From a virus: 64,000 bases of DNA. Where the stretch lies: UHGV virus genome UHGV-0134996; one strand, 5' to 3'. The notes under the pieces are model-generated. The model saw nothing but the letters and a program-made list of their open reading frames with translations, ran no database searches and was not told the origin of the DNA. Positions within the stretch are counted from its first letter, which is position 1; the number at the start of each line of letters is the position of its first letter. Positions 50,985 through 61,300 of the stretch are shown here, piece after piece. The position numbers and the translations under genes were made by a program.

Positions 50985-51799
50985 TGTTCGTTATCTTTAT
51001 TTTTGGCTAAAACCGCATTAAGAGCTTCGTTTACCGTCATGCAATGCGGCAGATTATCGAAGTTTGATATCCCGCCAATATCAGGAGAACGCTTGTCCTT
51101 CAGGTAAGCATATTTCCGCGCTGCCGCCTCTACTTTCTGCTTGAACTCATGTTTTTGAGCGCGTTTTTTGGATAACCGCAGATTGTCAGCCTTTGCTTTT
51201 GCCTCAGCGATCCATGAAATCAATTTTTTGAGTCTGGTCGTTCCGGCACCGCCGGAAACTGATCTTTTTGTTTTTTTAACTTGTGACTTCTTATTCTTTA
51301 TTGCCACGTCATCCTGACAGGGGGAGGGGGTATCATTTTGACATGGGGGTGTGGATAAAAAATTAAATAAAGCCAATGTCTTAGCGAGAACAGCTTTAAC
51401 CTTGGTTGCCGCTGAAGAGATCTTTAATTTGCTTTCAATCAGCGCATTTTTGGCTTGTTGTGCGAAGGCCAAAAAGGATGGTGTAAACCGGTACAGGTTA
51501 GCGCGACGTTCACGGTGATCGCCGATAACAATCTCTACAGACAGAATTCCTTTGTTTACAGCTTCACGGAATGCACGAACGACGGTTGATTGGCTATAAC
51601 CAGTTTCTGCCGCGATCAGGCGGTGAGGCTTGTGAATGAAGTATTCACTGGTTGTTGCCGCGAGATTTGCACATTGCGACAGGATATGCCCGGCGCTACG
51701 GGATAGACCGGAGTGTGTTACAAAGCAGGCCAATTCATAGCCAGAAAAAGTAAAATCGCTCATCGTTATACAGCTCAGGAAAGTGACTTTAGCCAGCAT
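50954..51799 (-). CDS. repL: RepL, lytic replicon initiator
   Basis: 281 aa downstream of kilA under the same C1 operator; P1 RepL size and position. Confidence 0.85.
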   Translation of the reverse strand: MLAKVTFLSCITMSDFTFSGYELACFVTHSGLSRSAGHILSQCANLAATTSEYFIHKPHRLIAAETGYSQSTVVRAFREAVNKGILSVEIVIGDHRERRANLYRFTPSFLAFAQQAKNALIESKLKISSAATKVKAVLAKTLALFNFLSTPPCQNDTPSPCQDDVAIKNKKSQVKKTKRSVSGGAGTTRLKKLISWIAEAKAKADNLRLSKKRAQKHEFKQKVEAAARKYAYLKDKRSPDIGGISNFDNLPHCMTVNEALNAVLAKNKDNEQWGIPAGFRG

Positions 51800-51828
51800 T
51801 ACAATGCTGGTGGTTCTTACTACGTCTG

Positions 51829-52629
51829 TTAGCGCGTTGCCGCGACAGGTACCAGCACACCAGCATCAAGCAATCGCTTCATCAGCCACTGCTGACCTTT
51901 GCCGGTTATACGAGTCGTGAAAGAAATCCTGCTTCCATTGCTTGTATCGATCACGGTTTCTTTAAGGGTGAAATACCCACGGGATATGTATTCTTGTTTG
52001 GGGACGTTCCTGCGTTCACCGGTTGCGATCAGAATTCCGTTATCACGCAACCAGGTGAAGAGATAGTTTTGGCCCAGGCCGAGCACTTTGGCATAGTTGC
52101 CGATTAGAACCCCGCTGGCGGTAGCAACGCGTTCGGCGAATTCGACTTTAGGTGCATCCATCAGCATTTTTTGCTCCAGCCGTTGCTTTTGCTCTGCCAG
52201 GTCAGCAGCCAAACGGAGAGCTTCTGGGAGGCTCTTCGGAATAGCAGGTTGTAATCTTCCGGCTCGATAGTCGATAAATGTCTGGTTTACCTTCAGCCGA
52301 AACGCGGGAGAAATCCAGCCTGCGTACTCCACTGCGAGCAATTCATGGGCAAAAGTGCCGCCGCCACGGCCTTCGAACGAAACTATGCAATTCTGCATAG
52401 TTTCTTTTTCAAGCTCTTCGATGAGCTGTTTTGCTGACAGCGTTCTTAGCCATTGAGCTGGCGCTTTATGGGCACCGAGTCCGCTCGCTCTGTGTAGAGC
52501 ATTAAGGTTGTAACGGCCAGCGCGGTCGGTCGTAATTTCAACACCACAAATAACGGGCAGAGTGGTTGAAGGATCGACATTTTGATGAAGGTTTGATATA
52601 TTCATATCCGCATTGAATGTTTGTTGCAT
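51829..52629 (-). CDS. kilA: KilA (KilA-N plus KilA-C domains)
   Basis: 266 aa; C-terminal domain homologous to the Ant C-termini in this window; first gene after operator at 52700. Confidence 0.85.
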   Translation of the reverse strand: MQQTFNADMNISNLHQNVDPSTTLPVICGVEITTDRAGRYNLNALHRASGLGAHKAPAQWLRTLSAKQLIEELEKETMQNCIVSFEGRGGGTFAHELLAVEYAGWISPAFRLKVNQTFIDYRAGRLQPAIPKSLPEALRLAADLAEQKQRLEQKMLMDAPKVEFAERVATASGVLIGNYAKVLGLGQNYLFTWLRDNGILIATGERRNVPKQEYISRGYFTLKETVIDTSNGSRISFTTRITGKGQQWLMKRLLDAGVLVPVAATR

Positions 52630-52699
52630 TTTTTCTCCAAATTTGCATCAACCTTCAATCACCAGCTCGAAATGGTGATTCTTTGCACTCAGAAAACAA

Positions 52700-52716
52700 A
52701 ATTTATTAGAGCAAAT
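52700..52716 (-). promoter_or_regulatory. C1 operator controlling kilA-repL (Op53-like)
   Basis: AATTTATTAGAGCAAAT, 16/17 to reverse complement of consensus, about 70 bp upstream of kilA start. Confidence 0.8.
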
Positions 52717-52840
52717 TTTTCCAGTCCGATCCAGATCGGGTTGGTCGATCTGCTCAGAAACCTGTCAGTTCGCTGGCAGGTTTTTTTGTATAAGGCGTTT
52801 TTCAATGTGGATTTGTGGCTGGCTAAAACGAAAAAGGCCA

Positions 52841-52869
52841 CAGGTTTTACCCTGTGGCCTGTTCGGGCG
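52841..52869 (-). terminator. rho-independent terminator at the end of the icd-ant operon
   Basis: GGCCACAGG-gttttac-CCTGTGGCC hairpin followed on the minus strand by TTTTT. Confidence 0.8.
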
Positions 52870-52914
52870 CAACGCGCTGCTGTTACACTGCGGAACTAAC
52901 GCCCTCCAATGTTG

Positions 52915-53031
52915 TTATGCAATGTGGAGAAGTGAGGCAATCACTGATGCCAACACAGAACTTGACGCTCCGATGATGACAGGAACAATGATGTTGGTCA
53001 CAATCCACTTGCAAGCTTTTTGAAGAGTCAT
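52915..53031 (-). CDS. 38-aa hydrophobic peptide downstream of ant
   Basis: MTLQKACKWIVTNIIVPVIIGASSSVLASVIASLLHIA: ATG with GGAG RBS 7 nt upstream, one predicted TM helix; not in ORF track. Confidence 0.4.
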   Translation of the reverse strand: MTLQKACKWIVTNIIVPVIIGASSSVLASVIASLLHIA

Positions 53032-53100
53032 TACGAAGCTCCGCACACTTGCAACAGCAACTGCTTGCGGCTATCCTCTTGTTGATCAGACATAAGGAAT

Positions 53101-53146
53101 GCCCTCGCTGGTTGCCTCCATGCAACGTTGTGGCGAGGGTTTTTTC
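53101..53146 (+). terminator. plus-strand hairpin plus T-run (terminator-like) facing the small peptide gene
   Basis: GCCCTCGC...GCGAGGG stem followed by TTTTTT on the plus strand; no plus-strand CDS upstream. Confidence 0.5.
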
Positions 53147-53269
53147 TGTCTGGAGGCTACGCATCCAGGAGTTCATAACCCCCGCATAACGTTGCGCCTC
53201 CCCTGAAAAACAGGGTTGGGCATATCGTACACATGCCTGTAATTTATGGCAAATCTTGGTCTGAATACG

Positions 53270-54310
53270 TTAAGACAAGGACGCCACTGGTTTTAACAAG
53301 CCAGCATCAAGTAGCTTGCGAGTCAACCACTGCTGGCCTTTACCCGTTAATTGGGGCGTCAGCCGTATCTGGTAGCCATTTTCATCATCCAGCACCACTT
53401 CTTTCACCGTGAAATACCCGGCGTTGATGTACTGTTGGCGCGGTACGTTTTTGCGCGCACCAAAAGCCATGAGAATGCCGTTCTGGCGCAACCATGAGAA
53501 AAGGGCGTTTTGCTTAAGTCCAACGACCTTTGCAAAGTTCCCGATCAGGATTCCATTAGCCACTGATACCCGGTCGGCAAAATCGACTTTAGGGGCTGCG
53601 GCCACCAGCTGTTGTTCCAGCTGCATTTTCTGTTCTGCCAACTCGGCAGCCAGGCGTAGAGCTTCTGGTAATGTTTGGGGGATCGATGGGGCAGGGGAGT
53701 TTGCCTGCTGCAATTCTTCCAGTTTGTCGATCAGCGAACGGCGGACCGCTTTTGACTCGCGCGCGGCGACTCGCAGGGCTTGTTTGAAAGTCATGGTTAT
53801 GACAAGCATTGATGTTTTGTTCATTTTTTCCACTACACTTTTTGTGTAGTGCTCACCATCAAGCTCATCGAGTATTTTTTCGATGAATTTGTTGTTCCGA
53901 ACCTCTGGTTCCCCACATAACTTACGCGCTTCATTGACCATCTTTAACAGTGTCAGGCTGTCGATTGTGTCTCCGGTGTTGGAGATAACATGCACTGCTG
54001 GTGATGGCGTAGCTGAAGCAACAGGTGCTGGTTTTTCAACATTCAAATTATTACCGGTCATTCTGCGCGCCTCCTTTCTCATTTCTGCTGCCACTGTTGC
54101 GTAACGTAGACGTCCTTGTTCAATCAAATAATCCCTGATCTCGGCTATCAGTAGCCTGTTGATCACAGCCTTATCTGTTCGGGTATAAAAACGTCTGGTT
54201 ATCATGAAATAGTTGGCAATTGCGCCGGGGATCTCCCGTGTCGGCATACAGGTTGTATGCAAAGCGATCGCTTCGGCTATTTCATTACGGGTGACGAGAG
54301 GTGTTTTCAT
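53270..54310 (-). CDS. ant1: Ant1/Ant2 antirepressor (ImmI)
   Basis: 346 aa; start overlaps icd stop (ATGA); adjacent to kilA-repL as in P1 ImmI. Confidence 0.85.
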   Translation of the reverse strand: MKTPLVTRNEIAEAIALHTTCMPTREIPGAIANYFMITRRFYTRTDKAVINRLLIAEIRDYLIEQGRLRYATVAAEMRKEARRMTGNNLNVEKPAPVASATPSPAVHVISNTGDTIDSLTLLKMVNEARKLCGEPEVRNNKFIEKILDELDGEHYTKSVVEKMNKTSMLVITMTFKQALRVAARESKAVRRSLIDKLEELQQANSPAPSIPQTLPEALRLAAELAEQKMQLEQQLVAAAPKVDFADRVSVANGILIGNFAKVVGLKQNALFSWLRQNGILMAFGARKNVPRQQYINAGYFTVKEVVLDDENGYQIRLTPQLTGKGQQWLTRKLLDAGLLKPVASLS

Positions 54311-54528
54311 AAACCCCCCTGAACGTTGGCAGAGAAGGGGAGGCTCCAGTAACTAAGTGAATTGCGCGAGTCAGTTGAAAAACGGGCAGTAAAAATGCAG
54401 GGGCCATCAGGCAATTGAGAGCGTGCTTCGTCTTCAGTTGCTGCGATAACGAAGTGATAGTGGTGTTTTTTACAGGAATAGAAACGCCAGATGAATTCTG
54501 GGCGTGCGCAAGGATTGGCATTAACCAT
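54307..54528 (-). CDS. icd: Icd, interference with cell division
   Basis: 73 aa MVNANPCARPEFIWRFYSCKK..., translationally coupled to ant. Confidence 0.8.
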   Translation of the reverse strand: MVNANPCARPEFIWRFYSCKKHHYHFVIAATEDEARSQLPDGPCIFTARFSTDSRNSLSYWSLPFSANVQGGL

Positions 54529-54842
54529 AGTTACGGCCTCACAATCAGGTTTAACAACCTGCTACCCGCTGCTAAACAGGTGGCAGGACGTGACGGGGTT
54601 AGCAGACTGGCGATTGTGAAACCAGCAGGCCGAAGCCTCCCCATCACGCCCCACCATAATTTGGGCGTAACGCGGTTTTACGGACACAAAAATACCGCAA
54701 TATCGGATATCTGCGGCTGTCCGCACAATCATTCAGGCTGCTAAACCCGGTCGCAGAATTTGCTACGACGGCGGAACTATAAGCCTGAACGATTAAAAGG
54801 TCAATATGATGCGAAAAGATAGCATTCGCGACTTAAAAATAC

Positions 54843-54859
54843 AAATCTATTAGAGCATT
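54843..54859 (-). promoter_or_regulatory. C1 operator of ImmI (Op51-like)
   Basis: AAATCTATTAGAGCATT, 14/17 to reverse complement of consensus, upstream of the c4/icd leader. Confidence 0.65.
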
Positions 54860-54928
54860 ATCTGATTAGTAAATACACAACTGGATCTAATAACCTCTTT
54901 TTTTTAAAGGCGAAAATATGTACCCTAA

Positions 54929-55603
54929 ATGAGTTATAAGGCAGGTGAGGTTATAATGAGAAAACTATTACTACCGTTATTATTTATGGCTGGGACTGTT
55001 AATGCAGCATCAAGCGTAAAGGAGATTTGTACCGATTATACGAAATACCTTGGGCACGTTTACGGCTTTGCTGTCAGTCAAGACGAATCCATGCGCAAGA
55101 AGTTACTGTCAGATATGAAACGCCTTAAACTTTCTGAAGCGATGGTGCAGCAAGAACTGTATAAAGTCGCAACCAACGAAAATGCTAAATATCAATATTC
55201 TCGCCTGTTAAATCCCGACGCAAACGAGATCAATCGAAGCTCTTTCGATTATATGGTAAAGGCATGCGAAACCGCTCCTGATTTTGCTATTCCTAGCTGG
55301 GGTGTGCTGGTGGCGAGCAATGCCGTTAATAAAGAAGACGTTGGAAGAAATGGCATTGATTCAATCAGAAACTCACCGGGAATGCGCCATCAAAACGTTC
55401 AGGGTACGCTTGAAGAACGGGCCAGGGGGCCGGGTACAAACTCCCCAATGGGAAACCTCTCCCCGGAGGAATTGCAAGAGTATAACCAACGGATGGAGCA
55501 GTATGAGAAAGCTGCACGCGAAAAAATGGAACAACAAAAAAACGGATCTCTTAATACTTTCCAGCAAGGTTTAAAAGCGCTTAATTTACCCTATGAATGG
55601 TGA
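54929..55603 (+). CDS. secreted protein with Sit-like motif (superinfection-exclusion candidate)
   Basis: Signal peptide MRKLLLPLLFMAGTVNA; shares GMR..VQGTLEERARG.GT motif with Sit C-terminal region. Confidence 0.55.
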   Translation: MSYKAGEVIMRKLLLPLLFMAGTVNAASSVKEICTDYTKYLGHVYGFAVSQDESMRKKLLSDMKRLKLSEAMVQQELYKVATNENAKYQYSRLLNPDANEINRSSFDYMVKACETAPDFAIPSWGVLVASNAVNKEDVGRNGIDSIRNSPGMRHQNVQGTLEERARGPGTNSPMGNLSPEELQEYNQRMEQYEKAAREKMEQQKNGSLNTFQQGLKALNLPYEW

Positions 55604-55654
55604 ATATATGGTGGTTAACTAATTAAAATATTAATATCCAAAGGAGATAAATTA

Positions 55655-56131
55655 ATGCGCATCAAACGATTTTTACTAGTTATTGCTTTGCTTACTCCGT
55701 TTTCATCAATGGCAAATGTAAGCAAATGGTCAACCGGCGAGACTCATGGTGTTCGTTCTTATGCTGTTTCCAGCAAAGATAATTATACGCTTACATTTGA
55801 GTGCGATGTTGGATTTAATAATACGGATCCCAATCAAGTAGGAACACGACTACTCACTCTCATGAAAACAGAACCTGGCGGTGAGTCATTTGAGGCTAAA
55901 AAAGAACAAATAACGCTGAAAGTTGGTGATGATGAATATCCTATCAGTTCTATCGGTTCCTCTGTGGGTGATAGTTACTGGTATGGTTTTTGGTCAGATA
56001 CCCCTGATATGGAAGTTAAAACATTCGATGCATACGTAGACGGAAAAAAAATCGCAACATTTACGCTACGTAAGGCCGCAGAGCTTTTCAACGCGGCACC
56101 TGAAGATGGCTGCCTGAAGCGCGCAAAATGA
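55655..56131 (+). CDS. secreted/periplasmic protein
   Basis: 158 aa with signal peptide MRIKRFLLVIALLTPFSSMA. Confidence 0.55.
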   Translation: MRIKRFLLVIALLTPFSSMANVSKWSTGETHGVRSYAVSSKDNYTLTFECDVGFNNTDPNQVGTRLLTLMKTEPGGESFEAKKEQITLKVGDDEYPISSIGSSVGDSYWYGFWSDTPDMEVKTFDAYVDGKKIATFTLRKAAELFNAAPEDGCLKRAK

Positions 56132-56165
56132 CCTGTCACAAATGACTACTCGTAGAATCGGTTAA

Positions 56166-56756
<591 letters not shown>

Positions 56757-56766
56757 GGGAGCTGAT

Positions 56767-57378
56767 ATGGGGCTTAATGTTGCTTCAGTAAAGTCTTATG
56801 TATCTTCGGCATTAACGACGACATTATTTGGCTCCGGCGTTGGTGAGCGGGAAGTTGGTAAGCTGACGTCAATCATCATGAACAAAATGTTGTTCGCGCA
56901 AGGATGGCAGTTCTCTGTCGAAGTTGATGGACTGGAGGGGGCAGACTTCTTTGCCAAAGACATTACCTACCACGATTACAGCATCGAATATGAAACGATT
57001 AAAATCGGCGGAGGGAATATCCTTCAACCAACGGAGCGTTCGCCTGGGCAGATAACAATGATGGTCAGGGATACCGGTGATGGCCTTGTTTTTGACTGGT
57101 TTAATACGGCAAAAAGTCGGGTGATCAATCCGGACGGTACCGGGAATATACCGTCTAAATATTTGCTCAATGTGCGTATTTATCGGTTGCTGTCTTCCGG
57201 CTTAACCAAACTGGAAAATGAGATGACGGTATTCCCGGTCACTACCGGCGATGTCACCTATGCGCGAGATCAGGTTACTGAATTTAAGTCATTCCCAATG
57301 ACCTTCGCATTGCACAGCACGTTTAACCAATCCTCAAGTTCTTTGGCTTCCCTTCTGGGCTTTAGCTTTTCTCTTTGA
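56767..57378 (+). CDS. tail tube protein candidate
   Basis: 203 aa; position two genes upstream of tape measure (P1 tub position). Confidence 0.45.
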   Translation: MGLNVASVKSYVSSALTTTLFGSGVGEREVGKLTSIIMNKMLFAQGWQFSVEVDGLEGADFFAKDITYHDYSIEYETIKIGGGNILQPTERSPGQITMMVRDTGDGLVFDWFNTAKSRVINPDGTGNIPSKYLLNVRIYRLLSSGLTKLENEMTVFPVTTGDVTYARDQVTEFKSFPMTFALHSTFNQSSSSLASLLGFSFSL

Positions 57379-57392
57379 ATTAAGGAGCAAGG

Positions 57393-58274
57393 ATGCTTTT
57401 ACCTCTTTTCCCGCTACCATCGCGGCCAACTGAATTGATCCAGTTCCGTCAGCCGAATATTGCTGATGCGATGCGTTTCAACTCGATAACACCGGAGGAA
57501 CAAGAACAACAGACAACGGCGTATTTAAAAGCCTTGCTGGCTGAACCCGCGAAATATGATCCCCTGACATGGACGGCGCAGGACCGGATTACCGCGTTAT
57601 GGTGGATATTTACTGGCTCCCGTGAAACACCGGTCGAGACATTCACCTACACCTGTAAACATTGCGGTAAAGAGCATTATTACGATTGCGATATGAATGC
57701 TCTGGCTGAAGATATCCAGGTCCTGGAAGTGGAACCGTTCATTGACGATATTGAGGTGTCTGTAGAGGGCGTGCCTTATCAATGGCGTATCGTGCCGCTT
57801 GATGGTTGGGCAATGGAAATGCTGGAGATGCGCCGTGCAGCATTGCCACCTGAAGACGACGCGGAATTCAAAGAAGCGATCGTTGATTTGCGTTTTTGGG
57901 AATTCGCTTATCAGTGTGAACTTTATAACGATGTTAGCGGTACTCGTGAAGAGCAGGCTGAGCGTCGTTATGAAACGATCAAACGGATGGCCATTGATAC
58001 TGAATTTATGAAGCTGGCGGCACACATCCGGCTGGCTCATGAAAAGCTCGAACATGGTTTACCGTGCTACATCGATAAAGGCGAAATGCGTCTTCGTCTC
58101 CCGCCGCACAAATGCCCAAACCAGGATACAAAGGAGTCCACAGAGGGTGCGTATACCCGTCTGTGGGTGCCCTTTCGGGCTACCGACTTCATTCCACAGG
58201 TGGGGATTGAAAAGCTATCAGACCTTAGTGTCCAACCTGGTTTTGTATGGGGGTATACCGATTCAGGACGCTGA
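57393..58274 (+). CDS. hypothetical tail assembly protein (upstream of tape measure)
   Basis: 293-aa ORF with C-x2-C...C motif. Confidence 0.45.
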   Translation: MLLPLFPLPSRPTELIQFRQPNIADAMRFNSITPEEQEQQTTAYLKALLAEPAKYDPLTWTAQDRITALWWIFTGSRETPVETFTYTCKHCGKEHYYDCDMNALAEDIQVLEVEPFIDDIEVSVEGVPYQWRIVPLDGWAMEMLEMRRAALPPEDDAEFKEAIVDLRFWEFAYQCELYNDVSGTREEQAERRYETIKRMAIDTEFMKLAAHIRLAHEKLEHGLPCYIDKGEMRLRLPPHKCPNQDTKESTEGAYTRLWVPFRATDFIPQVGIEKLSDLSVQPGFVWGYTDSGR

Positions 58275-58355
58275 AAGGCTCACTGAATCCTATGCGTTTT
58301 TCCTGTTGGAGAAACTGGAAGAAAAACTTAAACCGAAGCGGTAGGCGATAAGATC

Positions 58356-61300
58356 ATGGAAAGAAAAAACGCCAACATTGACGATGTGATAAGGACGGTT
58401 GAAACCGCCAGCGCAAAAGAGCTGGAAGAGCTTGCAGGTATTCGGGAAGCCGTTGAAGATTTGAAAGGGGGGCGAGTTGCTACAGTTGATCCTGTCTCTC
58501 GCAGTGTGTCGGCATTAAATCGCACAATCGAAAATTCCCGGCCAGACTTTGTGGCCAATGCGCCATCAGTGGACCCTATTGTTGAGGCAATGAAACGGCT
58601 TAATTTAGGGGACGTTTCTCGTGTAGTTCAGGAGGATGTTGCTCTACAGGAACCGCAGGCCAAATCAACTACGCGAAAGGGTAAAAAACGACGCAAGAAG
58701 GCTATAACAGAAGATGTAAAGGCGCAACGGACCGAAGCAGCCGAACACGCTCGCGAAATGTTCGGTCAAAAAGGCGGTGCGCAAAAAAGCCAAAACCAAC
58801 GCGATGCGCGTGGTCGTTTTATTGGAAAGTCAGGGAGTAAGGCCGCAGCGGAAGATGCCCGTGCTGAACGTGCTGAAAAGGCTAGGCGCAAAGAGGATGA
58901 TGAGCGTCTAAATGCTGAATCAGGTTTATTAAAAAAACTGTCAAAAGTAGCTGAAGGCATAGGTAACCCTTCAGAGACTCGTGCCGTCGATGCGTTAGGT
59001 TATGCCGTTGCTGGTCCATTGTGGGCAGCAGGGAAGGAGCTTGGCGGGATATCAAAAGAAGTTGGTGGATCGCTTAATGGTGCCAGAAAGTCTATTGCCG
59101 ATGTGATTCGTGGCAATGACGATAACAGCCGTAGAAAAGGTTTTTTTAGGCGTAAATCGCAAAATAGTGCCGATGTCGTTCAGGTTAACACCCAAAAACG
59201 GACGGTTCAGGAACTTCAGGAGCAGACCAGCGAAATTAAAGAGGGCAATGACAAGATTCTCCGCGCCCTTGATCAGATAGCCAAAAACACCGGTAAAAAG
59301 AAGGGCGGCTTGCTGTCCAAACTATTTAGCCTGTTAGGGAAGGGGGCCGGTGGCGTCGCGTCGTTGTTAATGGGGCGTGGCATGCTGAAAAAAGCTGGAG
59401 CACTCGCTTTTGGCGCTCTGGGGGCAAAGAAACTTGTAGGAATGCTACGCGGTGGTGGCAAGAAGACTCTCGCTCATGAAGGCGGAGATTTGGCTGCCCG
59501 GGCAGCAGGTAAACTTGGATTAAAGGCAGTTGGTAAAGGGGCGTTACGCGCAATTCCCCTAGTCGGCACAGTGGCTGGAGGTATTTATGATGCGGTAACC
59601 GGTTGGAATGATACAGAAGCGCAACGTCGAGCGTTTGGGCTTAAATCAGGACAAGATCCATCATTCCAGCAAAAAGCCGCTTATACGTTAGCCAATGTTC
59701 TTGATTTGGGGGGACTGGTATCTGGTATTAGCAGCGCTATTGGTGATGTTCTCAAATCACTTGGATTTGAGGATATCGGCAATATGTTGCAATCATTTTC
59801 GACGGAAAGTATTGCCCAGGCCATTGATAGCGGGGTTACCAACTTAGAAACATATATTTCTAACCTTGGCGACACCATTTCTACCAAGTTCGATGATTAC
59901 ACAGCAAAGATTGGTGATGCTGTTTCAGCATGGTTTAGCGATACATCTAATAAGTTGCTTGAAAAGCTGGATGCCATAAAAGACTTCTTTACTGTCGATA
60001 ACCTGAAACAGGTTTTCAGTGATGCAATTGATAGTGCAATTGACTTCATTAAGAACCCAGGGAAACACATTAAAGAGGCGGCTGGTAATATTTGGGATGG
60101 GGTTAAAAATTTACCCGGTAAAGCATTAGATGCAGCGGTTGATGCCGTTAAAAATACCCCTGCGGCAATGATTGTATCAAAAATACCCAATCCGATCGGC
60201 GAGGCTAATGCAAAAGAAATCACTCCAGAGTTAAAAGCTCCGGTTAATAGCCACCAGGAGACATCTGATTCTAAAACTGAATCCGATGCTAAACAGACTA
60301 ATATTGCTACCCGCGTGATAAATGCGGCACTGGACACGGCGAAAGATAGCAATAAAACAGTTAAAGAAACTGCCAATCAGATTATCAATGCAAATGCCGT
60401 AGAAACGGGCAATAGCGCGGTGCGGAAAATTGATTCAGCTATTGGACAAAATAGCTCGTCATCATCGTCGCGTAATACCACCGGCACTGGGAATGACATT
60501 CAGAAAGCTGCTGATACCTACAATAATGGCAACTTAGATGTAAAAGTCGGAAGCCTTGGCGCTGAAGGTAAGGCAAATCTCGATAAGTTAGCTCCGTATT
60601 TTGCTGAACTAGAGAATAAATATGGTCTTCCTGAAGGCACTCTTTACGCGATTGCTGCAACTGAATCTGGTGGTAATCCATACGCAAAATCCCAAACTGG
60701 TGCTCTAGGAATGTTTCAGTTCACGGGCATTGCTCGTGAAGAGACTGGCTTAGCTGAAGGTGAATCGTTTGATCCTGTGAAATCGGCAGAAGCTGCGGCT
60801 CTTCTCATGAGCAAGTATCTGAAGCAAGCCAATGGAGACTTAAACGAGGCCATCACTGCATATAACGCTGGGTTTGGCACTATTAATAAGTGGAAAAAAG
60901 GCACCGGTGACTTATCGAAGGAAAACCGTGAGTACGCGATCAAGGTCAATACTCATCGTGCTCGCTATTTAGGTGGTGAAATCTATACACCTGGGGCAGG
61001 AGCACAGGGTGGGGCGCAATATGGAGTGAGGGGACAACTGCCTGATAACGCCGTTATCGATCAGTCTACTGGTCTGGCGTTTACCCCTGGTGATAGCCCG
61101 TTTGAGAAAGGCGGTCTGGTAGACAAAATCGGCAATGCTGTTGGCGTTAACGATCTGGTCAACAAATTCATGAATGGCCGGGGTATGCGTCGGGAAGTCG
61201 TTCAGGGAACGCTCGAAGAACGTGCACGAGGGAAGGGGACCGCAACAGCAGCTGGCAATGTGTATGTTGATACTCCGATGCCAGTTGAAGAGGCGCGTCC

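Noticed and set aside
52805-53176. Track ORFs 52805-53023 (+) and 52883-53176 (-) in the ant-kilA intergenic region
   Set aside because: Neither has an RBS or recognisable composition; the 38-aa minus-strand peptide frame with a proper RBS explains the region better.
58039-58344. Alternative-frame ORF overlapping the end of the gene upstream of sit, possible programmed frameshift of a tail chaperone
   Set aside because: Frame is +1 rather than the usual -1, no obvious slippery heptamer, and the extension would add only about 23 aa; treated as chance.
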